From IMG/VR virus record IMGVR_UViG_3300003965_000013, positions 3,540 to 67,539 of that record: a stretch of 64,000 nucleotides of DNA; one strand, 5' to 3'. Shown here piece after piece: positions 47,127 through 56,629 of the stretch; positions within the stretch are counted from its first letter, which is position 1, and each line of letters starts with the position of its first letter. The translations under genes were made by a program, and so were the position numbers. This stretch comes from a virus. Lineage: Duplodnaviria; Caudoviricetes. The notes beneath the pieces were generated by a model, which was not told the DNA's origin, searched no databases, and worked only from the letters and a program-made list of their open reading frames with translations.

Positions 47127-47695
47127 TTTTAAACTACAATGCCATCCGGCCAATGTTCCGAGGCGGCAGACTATCCCAAAGCCAGGTAACAAATATTGAT
47201 GCTATAATCAAAGAAGCGGTAGCCCGTAAAGTAACAGATAAGCGTTTTGTGGCTTACATACTCGCAACCGTGTTTCATGAAACGGCGCAAACCATGAAAG
47301 CTATTGAGGAGTACGGAAAAGGACGTGGTAAGCGCTACGGCAGTAAGATTAAGTTTGATGGCAAACCTTACGCCACACCTGATAAATTGTACTACGGCCG
47401 TGGGCACACGCAAAACACATGGTATGAGGTGTATGAAATGCTTACGAGAGAGGCACGAAAGCAAGGCAAGGATTGGGATTTTTTAAATAAGCCTGAGTTA
47501 TTGCTGGAGATGGAGCCGAGTATATGGGCAACGTATGAAGGGATGCTGAGAGGGTTATATACAGGTAAAAAACTTAGTGATTACTTTAACACCAAAACTG
47601 ATGTAATCAATGCCCGGCGTATTATTAATCTGCTTGACAAAGCTCAATTGATAGCGGCTTATTATAAGGTGTTTCACGATGCAATCCAATTATGA
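47123..47695 (+). CDS. Endolysin, glycoside hydrolase family 19-like
   Basis: YILATVFHET...IEEYG...YYGRGHTQNT...ARRIIN. Confidence 0.85.
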   Translation: MILNYNAIRPMFRGGRLSQSQVTNIDAIIKEAVARKVTDKRFVAYILATVFHETAQTMKAIEEYGKGRGKRYGSKIKFDGKPYATPDKLYYGRGHTQNTWYEVYEMLTREARKQGKDWDFLNKPELLLEMEPSIWATYEGMLRGLYTGKKLSDYFNTKTDVINARRIINLLDKAQLIAAYYKVFHDAIQL

Positions 47696-48078
47696 TAGTA
47701 TCATTTGATTTTGATAACACGCTTTCCAGAAAAGATGTGCAGGACTATGCCAAAGAATTGATTAGCCGTGGTATTAAAGTATGGGTTATTACAAGCAGAT
47801 TCGATGAGCTTCATAAGCATCGTTACCCGCACAATCCTACTATAGATGATTTATGGGAGGTAGTTGATCAAGTAGGCATACCGAGATGGAGGGTTCGCTT
47901 TACCTGCATGGAAAGTAAAAGTCTTTACCTGATGCACACAAAGGTTATATGGCATCTGGATGATGATATTATTGAATTAAGTGCTATAAAGTACGATAAA
48001 TGTAAAACGGTAGGTATAAATGTAAAAAGTGGCGGTTGGAAACAAAAATGCGAAAGAATATTAAAACGGTTCCTCTAA
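47692..48078 (+). CDS. HAD-superfamily phosphatase-like protein
   Basis: VSFDFDNTL motif I, ITSR, HLDDD. Confidence 0.8.
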   Translation: MIVSFDFDNTLSRKDVQDYAKELISRGIKVWVITSRFDELHKHRYPHNPTIDDLWEVVDQVGIPRWRVRFTCMESKSLYLMHTKVIWHLDDDIIELSAIKYDKCKTVGINVKSGGWKQKCERILKRFL

Positions 48079-48263
48079 ATAAGAGCGGCAAAAAAAGGCG
48101 ATCAGTAGGTGCAGGCAACACGCTGAAACAAATCCGCCGCAATGCGGGTAGTGAAAAGCCCCGTACCGTTGTTGCCGATTTAACCTCGCAAAGCATAAGC
48201 ATACAGCAGCAACACAAGTTTGGATTAAAAATTATAACGAATGGCAAAAAGAATCAGTATTAA
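48036..48263 (+). CDS. Small basic hypothetical protein
   Basis: Lys/Arg-rich 75 aa. Confidence 0.4.
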   Translation: METKMRKNIKTVPLNKSGKKRRSVGAGNTLKQIRRNAGSEKPRTVVADLTSQSISIQQQHKFGLKIITNGKKNQY

Positions 48264-48283
48264 AACATCGCAGCCGCACCCTA

Positions 48284-48377
48284 TGGTAACAAGGCATTTG
48301 CGTCATTGCCCTTTGAGGTGTCTGCTAAAATTGAGGTGTCTGCGTGGGCAACGAACGCAAATACCCAACCGTTAGTG
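48284..48377 (-). repeat. attC-like site B1
   Basis: (- strand) CACTAAC GGTTGGGTATTTGCGTTCGTTGCCC / GGGCAATGACGCAAATGCC TT GTTACCA. Confidence 0.75.
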
Positions 48378-48478
48378 GTAATGGGCAGACAATCATCCAT
48401 GAACTGCATAACGATTGTATTTATTTTTTTGCCCACGCCACACATTAGTTTCCAATTCAACATTTTATTAATCATTCA

Positions 48479-48985
48479 TCAAAATCTTATATTTTCTATC
48501 CCGCTAACAAGAATATGCCAGTAAAATTGAGCCCAGGTAAAATACTTCGGTGTCTTATCCGCTGCTGAATTAAAATAACCATAAACTCCTTCATGAGATG
48601 GTAATATCCTTTTTGTTATGTGCATCCACGGCTCTTTCGTGCTGTATAGTATATTATAAATTTGAACGGGGCTTTTATCGAACATTATCTGCTTAATTTC
48701 ATTAGCAGAAAAGGCTTCAAAAACAACTGTCTTATTCTCCACATATTTACCAAATGTATTTTTTATAGATGCAAAAAACATGGTAGCTCTTGCATCATCT
48801 TCTGTTCCTTCATATTTATTATCATAAATTTCAGGATAATTGATTACAGACTTTATAAGTTCACTCTTAAAAACTTCGGTAAATGAAGGTGAACATTCTG
48901 GACAATCAGTTTCGTAGCCGCCGCCAACAGTGGGCATTGATACGAATATCTTTTTAGTCCCGTTGCAAGTAGTACAATCTGACAT
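48479..48985 (-). CDS. Hypothetical protein with N-terminal Zn ribbon
   Basis: CTTCNG...CPEC. Confidence 0.7.
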   Translation of the reverse strand: MSDCTTCNGTKKIFVSMPTVGGGYETDCPECSPSFTEVFKSELIKSVINYPEIYDNKYEGTEDDARATMFFASIKNTFGKYVENKTVVFEAFSANEIKQIMFDKSPVQIYNILYSTKEPWMHITKRILPSHEGVYGYFNSAADKTPKYFTWAQFYWHILVSGIENIRF

Positions 48986-49093
48986 TGTTTATATTTTTTG
49001 ATGAATAAAATGTTTATTGCGTCAGTCGGGCTTCAGTTCCCTGATTAAGCGTTCGGTTTTCCAAATTCCCGCCCGAACGCAAAACCCTGAACG

Positions 49094-49348
49094 TTAGCGG
49101 CTATGTATAGACACAATCATAACCGTGTCACCAACAATGTATTTATTAGCACTATCTTTTAACCACCACGAGTTTTTCCCTGTAACTGAAATCATTTGGT
49201 ATTGATAAATGCCTTTACCATAAGGCTGTACATTTTTAACATAAAATCTTCCATCAGAAGGCATCAGCTCGCCGCAAGATGAAAACACAGCCACTAACAA
49301 TAAAATTGCCACAAGTACGGCTGACGAATGTAAATTGAACTTTTGCAT
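49094..49348 (-). CDS. Putative lipoprotein (cassette-borne)
   Basis: LLVAVFSS-C; stop in CGCTAAC. Confidence 0.65.
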   Translation of the reverse strand: MQKFNLHSSAVLVAILLLVAVFSSCGELMPSDGRFYVKNVQPYGKGIYQYQMISVTGKNSWWLKDSANKYIVGDTVMIVSIHSR

Positions 49349-49367
49349 AGATTTATTTTTTCAGGTT

Positions 49368-49547
49368 TTACAGATACTCATTAACTATTTGTTTAGCTGC
49401 CCATATTAGGTAAATAACAAACAAAAATGATATTACACCAATTGTTTCTTGAGAGTAGTATCTTGCCGCTAAATACAGAAGGTATCCAGCTAAAATAAAA
49501 GCCGCCGCTATCACCACGCTTAAAAGCCATTTGAGTATGTGTTTCAT
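49368..49547 (-). CDS. 59-aa two-TM membrane protein (below the ORF-track cut-off)
   Basis: Manual translation MKHILKWLLSVVIAAAFILAGYLL...WAAKQIVNEYL. Confidence 0.6.
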   Translation of the reverse strand: MKHILKWLLSVVIAAAFILAGYLLYLAARYYSQETIGVISFLFVIYLIWAAKQIVNEYL

Positions 49548-49548
49548 T

Positions 49549-49752
49549 CTATTTGATTTCTTGAAGCAAAGAATTAATAACTACATCTATTTGTTTTTTA
49601 TGACCTAAATTACTTTCTAAGATAGACTTAAAAAACATCTTGTAAACATCATCAGTTAAAATGTTATTTTTGTTTACATATGGATAACCAAATTCTTGCA
49701 GGTTCTTAACTCCGTTATTAATTAATTTATCTCTTAATTCTTGATTGTTCAT
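49549..49752 (-). CDS. Hypothetical protein
   Basis: 67 aa, coupled to neighbours. Confidence 0.7.
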   Translation of the reverse strand: MNNQELRDKLINNGVKNLQEFGYPYVNKNNILTDDVYKMFFKSILESNLGHKKQIDVVINSLLQEIK

Positions 49753-50559
49753 GACTTCTTCGTTTTATATTGTTCAAGTTTCTCCGCTGCAAAACGGCGG
49801 AACAAGAGCCTCGTCTGTGCCGACTGTTCCTTAAAGTGTTTAACTGCATTTTCGTAATATATTTTGTTTATCTCTATTCCAGTAAATGAAAACTTTTCTT
49901 CCAACGCTGCAATGGCACTATTTCCACTACCTAAATGCGTGTCAAGTATCGTTTGTCCTTCTGTTGCAAATTTGCTTAAAATCCACCGATAAAGCTGTTT
50001 TGGCTTTTGTGTAGGGTGTATTTTCGTTTCTGCACTTGTGTTGCCTTGTAGCCCCCCATAATATCTATAATCAAAACAAAGTGCGGGTTTTTTAAATGAA
50101 GTCCACGCCAATTCACCATCAGCAAAATTTGCAACAGGATTCTGCTTATACCAAAATATAAAGCATTGTGTAGGTGGTAGCGGAAAATAGTTGCCCCCCC
50201 CAAACAATTTGATTTTTGCTTACTCTAAAAAGCTGCTCCCAGTATTCATCTTGTGGCGTTTCTTTATCCCAATCTGCATTGTGATATTTATTCGCTTTAT
50301 AGCGGTTTCCGTTGCTATCCTTGTTTGTTCTATTAAACGCCCCAAAGTTTAACCCATACGGGGGGTCTACTATTGCCAAATCAAATTGTTTGTCCTCAAA
50401 TGTTTTCATTACCTCCACACAGTCGGCATTAATAAACCGAATAGAAGGGCAGCTGCTAACATCGGCTATAACCAATGGCGGCTGTGTGCTAATTTGTAAG
50501 TTTGTATCTTCGTTCATTCTGTACCATATTTTGAAAGTTTTGTACTCGTAATCCGCCAC
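49749..50559 (-). pseudogene. N4/N6 DNA methyltransferase frameshifted at a G8 tract (or phase-variable)
   Basis: ORF 50146..50559 has DPPY; ORF 49749..50207 has HPTQKP and LDTHLGSG; removing one G at 50194-50201 restores QIVWGGNYF. Confidence 0.85.
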
Positions 50560-50584
50560 TGGTCATAGCCGCAAAACGTTAGCT
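50454..50584 (-). repeat. attC-like site B2
   Basis: (- strand) AGCTAAC...GCGGCTATGACCAGTGGCGG / CCGCCATTGGTTATAGCCG...GTTAGCA. Confidence 0.85.
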
Positions 50585-50585
50585 G

Positions 50586-50906
50586 CTACCTTTCGGACAC
50601 AGCATAATAATTCGACAAGTGATTTTCTACAATACGTAAACACTGTTTTTTCTCACCAAAAGAAAGTTTTTCAGAAACAAAATATGACATCTCGCCATCG
50701 GTTAAATTTTCTGCTAAGTAGTCGTATTCATCATCTGTAATTCTGTAAACTTCTTTTATTGCGTTATCAAACAAATCAAGCATACCACCGCTTGACTTTA
50801 TTTTTAAATCTTCGTATGGTCGAAACTTTCTTTTACATCGACTGACAAAGGCAGCAGCTAACATGGCATTGGTTCCATGTGGGCTGACGTTCAAATTTTT
50901 ATCCAT
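50586..50906 (-). CDS. Hypothetical cassette protein
   Basis: 106 aa; leader ...GTNAMLAAA spans the GTT crossover. Confidence 0.75.
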   Translation of the reverse strand: MDKNLNVSPHGTNAMLAAAFVSRCKRKFRPYEDLKIKSSGGMLDLFDNAIKEVYRITDDEYDYLAENLTDGEMSYFVSEKLSFGEKKQCLRIVENHLSNYYAVSER

Positions 50907-50986
50907 AGTAATTCAATTTTGCTTTAGTAATTTATTCGGCTAACGTGCAAGAAATCCCACACGGCAGCAATACCTGAACGTTCTTT
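50856..50986 (-). repeat. attC-like site B3
   Basis: (- strand) AAAGAAC...GGTATTGCTGCCGTGTGGG / CCCACATGGAACCAATGCC...GTTAGCT. Confidence 0.75.
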
Positions 50987-51006
50987 GCAATGCCGCTGAC
51001 GGTTCA

Positions 51007-51234
51007 TTATTCAGCGACATCATTTGTATTTGTTTTTTGCCCACGCTTCTTACCCAGCTTATGTTTTTCAATCAGCTTTTGTAGTGCTTTATTTATCTTC
51101 ATCTTTTCTTCATCTGTAAAATCTGTTGGGTTGTTTCTACTATTGAAACCACGTATCTTGAACTTGTGGCTTTTTATCTCTGGCAGAAATTCAGCAAAGA
51201 ATGGATCGGCTTTTATATAATCAAACAACTTCAT
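51007..51234 (-). CDS. Hypothetical protein
   Basis: 75 aa. Confidence 0.7.
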   Translation of the reverse strand: MKLFDYIKADPFFAEFLPEIKSHKFKIRGFNSRNNPTDFTDEEKMKINKALQKLIEKHKLGKKRGQKTNTNDVAE

Positions 51235-51491
51235 TTGAATATAAATTCAGGCAAATCAATTTTTTCAACAGGAAAATCTTTGTAAGCATCAATATAATGT
51301 TTACTACATCCAGCAGAATATAAATCTATCATAACACCAATTTTTAATCTTTCTCTCATACTTTCAGTGAAATCTTCTGGCAGCAAATCAGTGTATGTTT
51401 TTATGAATTTATCAACTGTTTTTTTGCTGAAAGAGACCCTGCCGCTTTTTGTCTCATAACCATATTCAGCGCAAAATTGTTCGGCATTCAT
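51231..51491 (-). CDS. Hypothetical protein
   Basis: 86 aa. Confidence 0.7.
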   Translation of the reverse strand: MNAEQFCAEYGYETKSGRVSFSKKTVDKFIKTYTDLLPEDFTESMRERLKIGVMIDLYSAGCSKHYIDAYKDFPVEKIDLPEFIFK

Positions 51492-51790
51492 AGTTGCATT
51501 CCTTTAAATTTTAAAGGAACTTTATATCCAACCTCACATTCATTACTATCTGAAAAATATTCAGGCAGCTTACCGTCTTTAACATAAGCCCAAAGCCTGT
51601 GAGTTAAGCCTTCATCGTCATTGCCTTCATTTCTTACAAGGCATAAACGCTGGTTATCTTCAAGCGTTGGGACTTCTTCAATGGTATCATAGAAACTGCT
51701 ATCTTCTATATCCCCAAATTCGTCAATAGTCTCAACTGACCATTCATAAAATACTTTGTTTGGCATAATATTTATCGTTTGTTTACACAA
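51488..51790 (-). CDS. Hypothetical protein
   Basis: 100 aa; upstream TATCTTTG -7 element on the minus strand. Confidence 0.7.
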   Translation of the reverse strand: MCKQTINIMPNKVFYEWSVETIDEFGDIEDSSFYDTIEEVPTLEDNQRLCLVRNEGNDDEGLTHRLWAYVKDGKLPEYFSDSNECEVGYKVPLKFKGMQL

Positions 51791-51967
51791 AGATACGGAA
51801 ACTTTTTGGTTTCACCAAATTTATTTTTAAGAGAGATGCTCCGCAGCTTCAAAAAACAAATACAAACCCAGCTTTATATCAGTAAAACTCATATCTCTAA
51901 TCATCTTTTAGTTCTTAATCCGGTCTGGCGAATCACAGAATATCTGCACTTCGCCAAGCCCTGTTCG

Positions 51968-52315
51968 TTATGCCCCATTGCTGGCTGCATAAACGCTATT
52001 CAGCTTTAGAACGACTTCGTGACTAGGCTTTTTAATCTTTCCTCTTTCTAATTGCGATAAGTAAGCATTAGATATTCCAGTCAACTTCTCAACGTCACGA
52101 AGTGTCATACCTGCCTTTGCCCGCATCAACTTGAAATCCCGCAACGATGGCATAACATTGCATTGCCGCAATTTGGCTTCATACCATCGCACAGCGTGAA
52201 TAAAGCTCACCCTTGCAACGTCCTGCTCTTCTTTAGTATTCCAAGCGGCTGCATAGCTACGAGCCACAGTAAGTAATTCTTCATCAGTAATATTCATAAG
52301 ACTTTTTATTTTCAA
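51968..52315 (-). CDS. XRE-family HTH protein; the HTH half is a cassette
   Basis: MTLRDVEKLTGISNAYLSQLERGK. Confidence 0.85.
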   Translation of the reverse strand: MKIKSLMNITDEELLTVARSYAAAWNTKEEQDVARVSFIHAVRWYEAKLRQCNVMPSLRDFKLMRAKAGMTLRDVEKLTGISNAYLSQLERGKIKKPSHEVVLKLNSVYAASNGA

Positions 52316-52393
52316 GTGCCAAACTACAGCAATGCTTCAACGTAAGGCAAAATTTGCCACTACACAGCCCTTTCTGCACACGGGGCATCGCTG

Positions 52394-53770
52394 TTATTCA
52401 TAACCATTTATCACTGGTACAAAGTGGCCCATCCCTGTTTTTGGTTTGAACATCATTTTAGTTGGTATATATTCCAGTTCTATATGAATGTTTGCGGGGC
52501 CATTTCTCCATTTTCGTACAATTAAATCCCTTTCATTTTCTGTACTAAATCCTGTGACAGAATTTTCGGTAATGCCAGTTAAAAAATCACTATGCAGAAA
52601 CATAATGACATCTGCATCTTGCTCCAAACTACCGCTTTCCCGCAGGTCGTAAGGCATAGGGTAGCGATCTTGCCCCTTTCGCTTAGTAACCTCACGACTT
52701 AACTGTGCTAAGGCTATAACAGGTATTTGATACTCTTTTGCCATTAATTTTAAACCCCTGCTGATGGCTGATACCTCTTGCTCCCGATTGCTGTTTTTTT
52801 TATTATCTGGCTCTACAAGCTGCAGGTAATCTACAATAATCATATCTACTCCGTAGCGGTGCTTTAAAATGGCGGCCTTGGCTTTTATATCGTGAATATT
52901 TACGCCTGTCTTATCAGAAATAAATATGGGAAGCCTGGCGGTGCTTTGGCTGACTTTGTTGTAAAAGTTTTGACGCTCCCGCTCATCTTTAATCAACCCC
53001 CTGAAAATGACATTAAAATCAGTTTGGGTGTCAATGCTGGCAATTCTGGCCGCCACCTCTGCATTACTCATTTCAAGCGATATGAAACCCACCTTTTTAC
53101 CAGCCCTTGCGTTTGTGATAGCAAGTTGACCTGCGTAAGCAGATTTACCCACCGATGGCCTTGCGCCAAACACTATAAAATTGCCGGGGAAAAAGCCGCC
53201 AGTTTTTTTATCAAGTTCAGGGATCATAGTTGTAATACCCATACCCCTTGCCTGTTCCATCATTTCCTGATGCTTTAACAGGTTTACAACACTCACTTCC
53301 ATGTCCTGCCAGTCTTGGTTTGAATCACCACTGGCAAGTTGGGTAAGTTTTTCATTGATTTGTTTAATAACCTCAAACCGGTTAGCATCTTCACTAAACC
53401 CTGACCGTGTTAATTTAATCAACTCCCGCTCTTTCCACATTTCCTGCAGAATTTTAGCATGGTATTCAAGGTGTGCGGTGCTTACAACGTTGTTGATAAG
53501 CAGTGTGCAATAGTATGCTGTGTTGTGCTCAGCCAATAATTCCAGTTTTTTCTTTCTGATAAGCACATCAACAACGGTTAACAGGTCAATAGGGAGCGAA
53601 TGGTCAAACATGTTTTTAATAGCCCACCACACCCATCCGTTGGCTTCTGAGTAAAACATTTCCTGCGTTAAAAAACCGTAGACTCTTCCCACTGCTGTTT
53701 TTTCAAGCAGGCAGGCACCAAGAACGGCGGCTTCTAAATCAGGCGAATAGTGGATGTTTTTTTGATACAT
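52394..53770 (-). CDS. dnaB: Replicative DNA helicase
   Basis: GARPSVGKS Walker A, IVDYLQL, LAQLSR, DLRESGSLEQDAD. Confidence 0.97.
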   Translation of the reverse strand: MYQKNIHYSPDLEAAVLGACLLEKTAVGRVYGFLTQEMFYSEANGWVWWAIKNMFDHSLPIDLLTVVDVLIRKKKLELLAEHNTAYYCTLLINNVVSTAHLEYHAKILQEMWKERELIKLTRSGFSEDANRFEVIKQINEKLTQLASGDSNQDWQDMEVSVVNLLKHQEMMEQARGMGITTMIPELDKKTGGFFPGNFIVFGARPSVGKSAYAGQLAITNARAGKKVGFISLEMSNAEVAARIASIDTQTDFNVIFRGLIKDERERQNFYNKVSQSTARLPIFISDKTGVNIHDIKAKAAILKHRYGVDMIIVDYLQLVEPDNKKNSNREQEVSAISRGLKLMAKEYQIPVIALAQLSREVTKRKGQDRYPMPYDLRESGSLEQDADVIMFLHSDFLTGITENSVTGFSTENERDLIVRKWRNGPANIHIELEYIPTKMMFKPKTGMGHFVPVINGYE

Positions 53771-54372
53771 TACGAAATTTTTCTAAGTGGAACAGTGGTT
53801 ATTTGTGGTTTTTCAAATTTGATATTTGAGGCCCATCTGTTACATAATGCTGCAAGGTTTTCAATTTTTTTGCCTTCGTATGCGCTTATCATTTTCCCTA
53901 CTTCCAGCCTTAAATCTGCATCCGGAATAAATACAGGGGCAGCCCTGCGCAAGTATTCAAATGCTTTTTGCTCGTCTATTTCTTTGTCTTTTACTTTATC
54001 TTCTTCTTTTTCTTTACCCCCATTTATGGGGGATAGATGCCCCATAAGGTTGTATTTTTTAAGTATAGAAGAAACCGGTTTGTACATTTTGTTTTTAACA
54101 GTTAGTTCCCCATATTGAAACGTAATAAAGTCTGGGATGAACCACATATTACCCCCGTTTATAACAAACACTTTTTCTCCAAATGCCTTTAGTGCCTCTG
54201 TTTTATTTATTTTAATCCCAAGCCTCAATTCAGCTACTTCAATATCTACGTGCCAAACACCGGCATGGTCACAATCGTCAAGTATAAACAACCAAAACAA
54301 CTTTAGGTGCGGTGTTAATGATTTGATAAAAGGCTTTTTCCACTTATCACAGTCTGTCATTCTTTTTGCCAT
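53770..54372 (-). CDS. Phage replication initiator (replisome organiser-like)
   Basis: KRMTDCDKWKKPF...KLFWLFILDDCDHAG; directly upstream of dnaB. Confidence 0.65.
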   Translation of the reverse strand: MAKRMTDCDKWKKPFIKSLTPHLKLFWLFILDDCDHAGVWHVDIEVAELRLGIKINKTEALKAFGEKVFVINGGNMWFIPDFITFQYGELTVKNKMYKPVSSILKKYNLMGHLSPINGGKEKEEDKVKDKEIDEQKAFEYLRRAAPVFIPDADLRLEVGKMISAYEGKKIENLAALCNRWASNIKFEKPQITTVPLRKIS

Positions 54373-54385
54373 TCTGTTGTTTTTA

Positions 54386-54778
54386 TCAGCTTACAATCAA
54401 TTCAATTCCTTCCTGTATGAATTTTTCACAGTTGCGCTCCCAATAAGTAGCGGGTGTTCTGTGTGCTTTTTTATTTGTAACCTTCCTGGTGCCAATGTTG
54501 ATGATGTAAAAATCTTTAGCAATACCGGCTACAACACCGCCCCACGCACGACCATGAGCGGGTAATTCAAACTCTACCTGTGCTGCATAGCTTCTTATAT
54601 CCTCCGTCATAAACCGCTTGTGAAGGGGCAGGAATTGTTTTAGGATAAACTTCCTGGCTTTATCACTCCAACCTGGAGTAACAGCGTTTGCGTGGTCTAT
54701 CGCCTGCTGCATACCATGCTCTTTCAGCCTTTCTCCTTCGGCTATTTCATCAAGTATTGATTTTTGAACGTAGCTCAT
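54386..54778 (-). CDS. Hypothetical phage protein
   Basis: 130 aa. Confidence 0.75.
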   Translation of the reverse strand: MSYVQKSILDEIAEGERLKEHGMQQAIDHANAVTPGWSDKARKFILKQFLPLHKRFMTEDIRSYAAQVEFELPAHGRAWGGVVAGIAKDFYIINIGTRKVTNKKAHRTPATYWERNCEKFIQEGIELIVS

Positions 54779-55008
54779 TTTGTTTCTTTTGGAATATACG
54801 GTTCAACTAATCTTTCTTTTATTACTTCACAATCTGTAGGATACACAAACTGACAAGGGTTTACCTCAAATACCACATATCCTGTTTCAGTTGCTGGGTT
54901 GTACCCTTTTACCTTTAATTCGGCTTCATACTCAGCGTTTTTTTTATTGGCATACCAAATACCCGTTTTCTTGGTTGATGTGATACGGATGGTGTATATT
55001 TTTTTCAT
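54775..55008 (-). CDS. Hypothetical protein
   Basis: MKKIYTIRIT, TAATG overlap with the upstream gene. Confidence 0.7.
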   Translation of the reverse strand: MKKIYTIRITSTKKTGIWYANKKNAEYEAELKVKGYNPATETGYVVFEVNPCQFVYPTDCEVIKERLVEPYIPKETK

Positions 55009-55388
55009 TAGGATGTTTGGTTTTTCTCCACCTGAATAGTTTCCCCTCTGTGAATGGCCATACACACGTTTTCTATCATACTCTGTTGCTCAGGGTTCAT
55101 TCGTCTTACCATTTCCTTTATTTGTTCTACAGTAAACGGGTCTGCTTCTGTAACCTGCTGCTCAAACTTTTCAAATTTTTCTTTGCTGAAAATGTTTTTA
55201 AACCTGTTGAGCGCAAAACTGCTGTCTGCTGCTGCTCCGGTGCACACGGAGCGAACAAAATGCGGGAACGTATAGTCTGAGGCTAAATCACGAAACAGAA
55301 GTCTTGCTGCCGCTAAGTGCTTACAGGCATCATATAGCATAGAAGCCTGTGTGGGTGTTGGTTGATATTTCAATTTTGTTGATTGCAT
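55008..55388 (-). CDS. Hypothetical protein
   Basis: MQSTKLKYQP... Confidence 0.7.
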   Translation of the reverse strand: MQSTKLKYQPTPTQASMLYDACKHLAAARLLFRDLASDYTFPHFVRSVCTGAAADSSFALNRFKNIFSKEKFEKFEQQVTEADPFTVEQIKEMVRRMNPEQQSMIENVCMAIHRGETIQVEKNQTS

Positions 55389-55398
55389 TTCTTTGTTT

Positions 55399-55854
55399 TT
55401 AATTCCATGCTGTTCTAACCGCATCCCGTTCTTCCTGATTAGTGCGCTTATCCCATCCGGTTACTTTCTTAAACAAATCAGCATCCCATTTTTTAGTTTC
55501 AGGCTTAATGAGCTTATAGGGTACGTTGTTTTCTTTACACCATTCTTCAAAGAGTTTACCTATTGCTTCGTTGTGGCCAACGTTTTTGCCAATTTTACCA
55601 GCAACACTTTTGTTGGCTGCAAAGTGATGGATTGACTTATTTAACCAACCGGCTTCAATACAAATAAGCAAAGATGTTCCTGGTAACTGCGCCAGTTTTG
55701 TTTGAACTTCCAATCTTTCAATTAACCGAAAGAAGGGTAGTGTCTCCAACTCCTCAATTACCCACCCGTTTTTGAACGGTGTTTTAGTGAGGACGCAGAA
55801 CCCAGAGGCTTTTAAATCCGGGTCAACACCGATACGTACCAGAGTTTTACTCAT
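55399..55854 (-). CDS. RuvC-like Holliday junction resolvase
   Basis: IGVDPD, CIEAGW, EERDA acidic motifs. Confidence 0.65.
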   Translation of the reverse strand: MSKTLVRIGVDPDLKASGFCVLTKTPFKNGWVIEELETLPFFRLIERLEVQTKLAQLPGTSLLICIEAGWLNKSIHHFAANKSVAGKIGKNVGHNEAIGKLFEEWCKENNVPYKLIKPETKKWDADLFKKVTGWDKRTNQEERDAVRTAWN

Positions 55855-55900
55855 GCAAAAAAAATAAGCTGCCTACTTTGTTTCAGCAGCTTTTAAGTTG

Positions 55901-56629
55901 TTATTTGTTAATAATTACAAGGCCATCACAAGACTGTAACTCCGTGTTGAAAATATCATCAATCTGTGATTCCATGGCTTCTTTGAGGCCAACAGATTCA
56001 AGCCAGAACTGCACATCACCATTTACCACATCAAAGCATATTTCAACTGTAATGTTTTGTGGAGAAAATCCTTTGTAGATAGGAATGGTAATACCAAACT
56101 CTTTAACAAGCCCGCCATCATCAACCGTTTTTACATCATGCAGGCTTCTTTTGTTACCCTGGTTATCTCTTTCCTGCTGAATTTCTGTTTCGCTTTTAAT
56201 ACGAAGTTTTGAAAGACCCAGTAAAACCTGTGCATGTTGATTTTTGTCGGGAAAAAATAAGCGGTTGAAGCGCAACAGGTCAAGTAGTTGCTTGCGGCTG
56301 AACTTTGTAACCGTGTTTATGCCAAACTGTTTCAACTCTTCTGATTGTTCGAGTTTTGCAGTAACAGAGGCGCCGTAATAATTTTCCGGGTCAAGCTGCA
56401 GTGTAATTGTTCTGCTGTGCTTATCAACTGTTACGATCGCTTTGTTTTCATCAATAAACTGCGAACCGTGTCCTTTTTGTCGTTTTTTGATAAATGCAGA
56501 TACGGAGCGAATGTCACCAATAATTTTAATGATGTTGGGTTCTCTCAGCGGCAGCGGTTCAACCGCATTGCCCTCACGAATGATTAATTCGCCATTCGTG
56601 TTTTCGATTTTCAATTCAAGTTTTTCCAT
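55901..56629 (-). CDS. Conserved Bacteroidota phage protein (DUF2303-like, tentative)
   Basis: 242 aa; IPIYKG C-terminal block. Confidence 0.45.
   Translation of the reverse strand: MEKLELKIENTNGELIIREGNAVEPLPLREPNIIKIIGDIRSVSAFIKKRQKGHGSQFIDENKAIVTVDKHSRTITLQLDPENYYGASVTAKLEQSEELKQFGINTVTKFSRKQLLDLLRFNRLFFPDKNQHAQVLLGLSKLRIKSETEIQQERDNQGNKRSLHDVKTVDDGGLVKEFGITIPIYKGFSPQNITVEICFDVVNGDVQFWLESVGLKEAMESQIDDIFNTELQSCDGLVIINK

Larger units (their letters stand above)
48284..52399 (-). mobile_element. Integron-like gene-cassette array B (minus strand, partly degenerate)
   Basis: Hairpin sites at 48284-48377, 50454-50584, 50856-50986; matched cassette ends GTTAGCTGCTGCC/GGTAGCAGCTAAC, GTTAGTGGCTGTG/CATAGCCGCTAAC, GTTATGCC/GGCATAAC. 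Confidence 0.75.

Noticed and set aside
10445-47486. Numerous minus-strand ORFs of 60-190 aa opposite the structural genes
   Set aside because: Antisense shadows of long plus-strand genes, with no leaders or motifs
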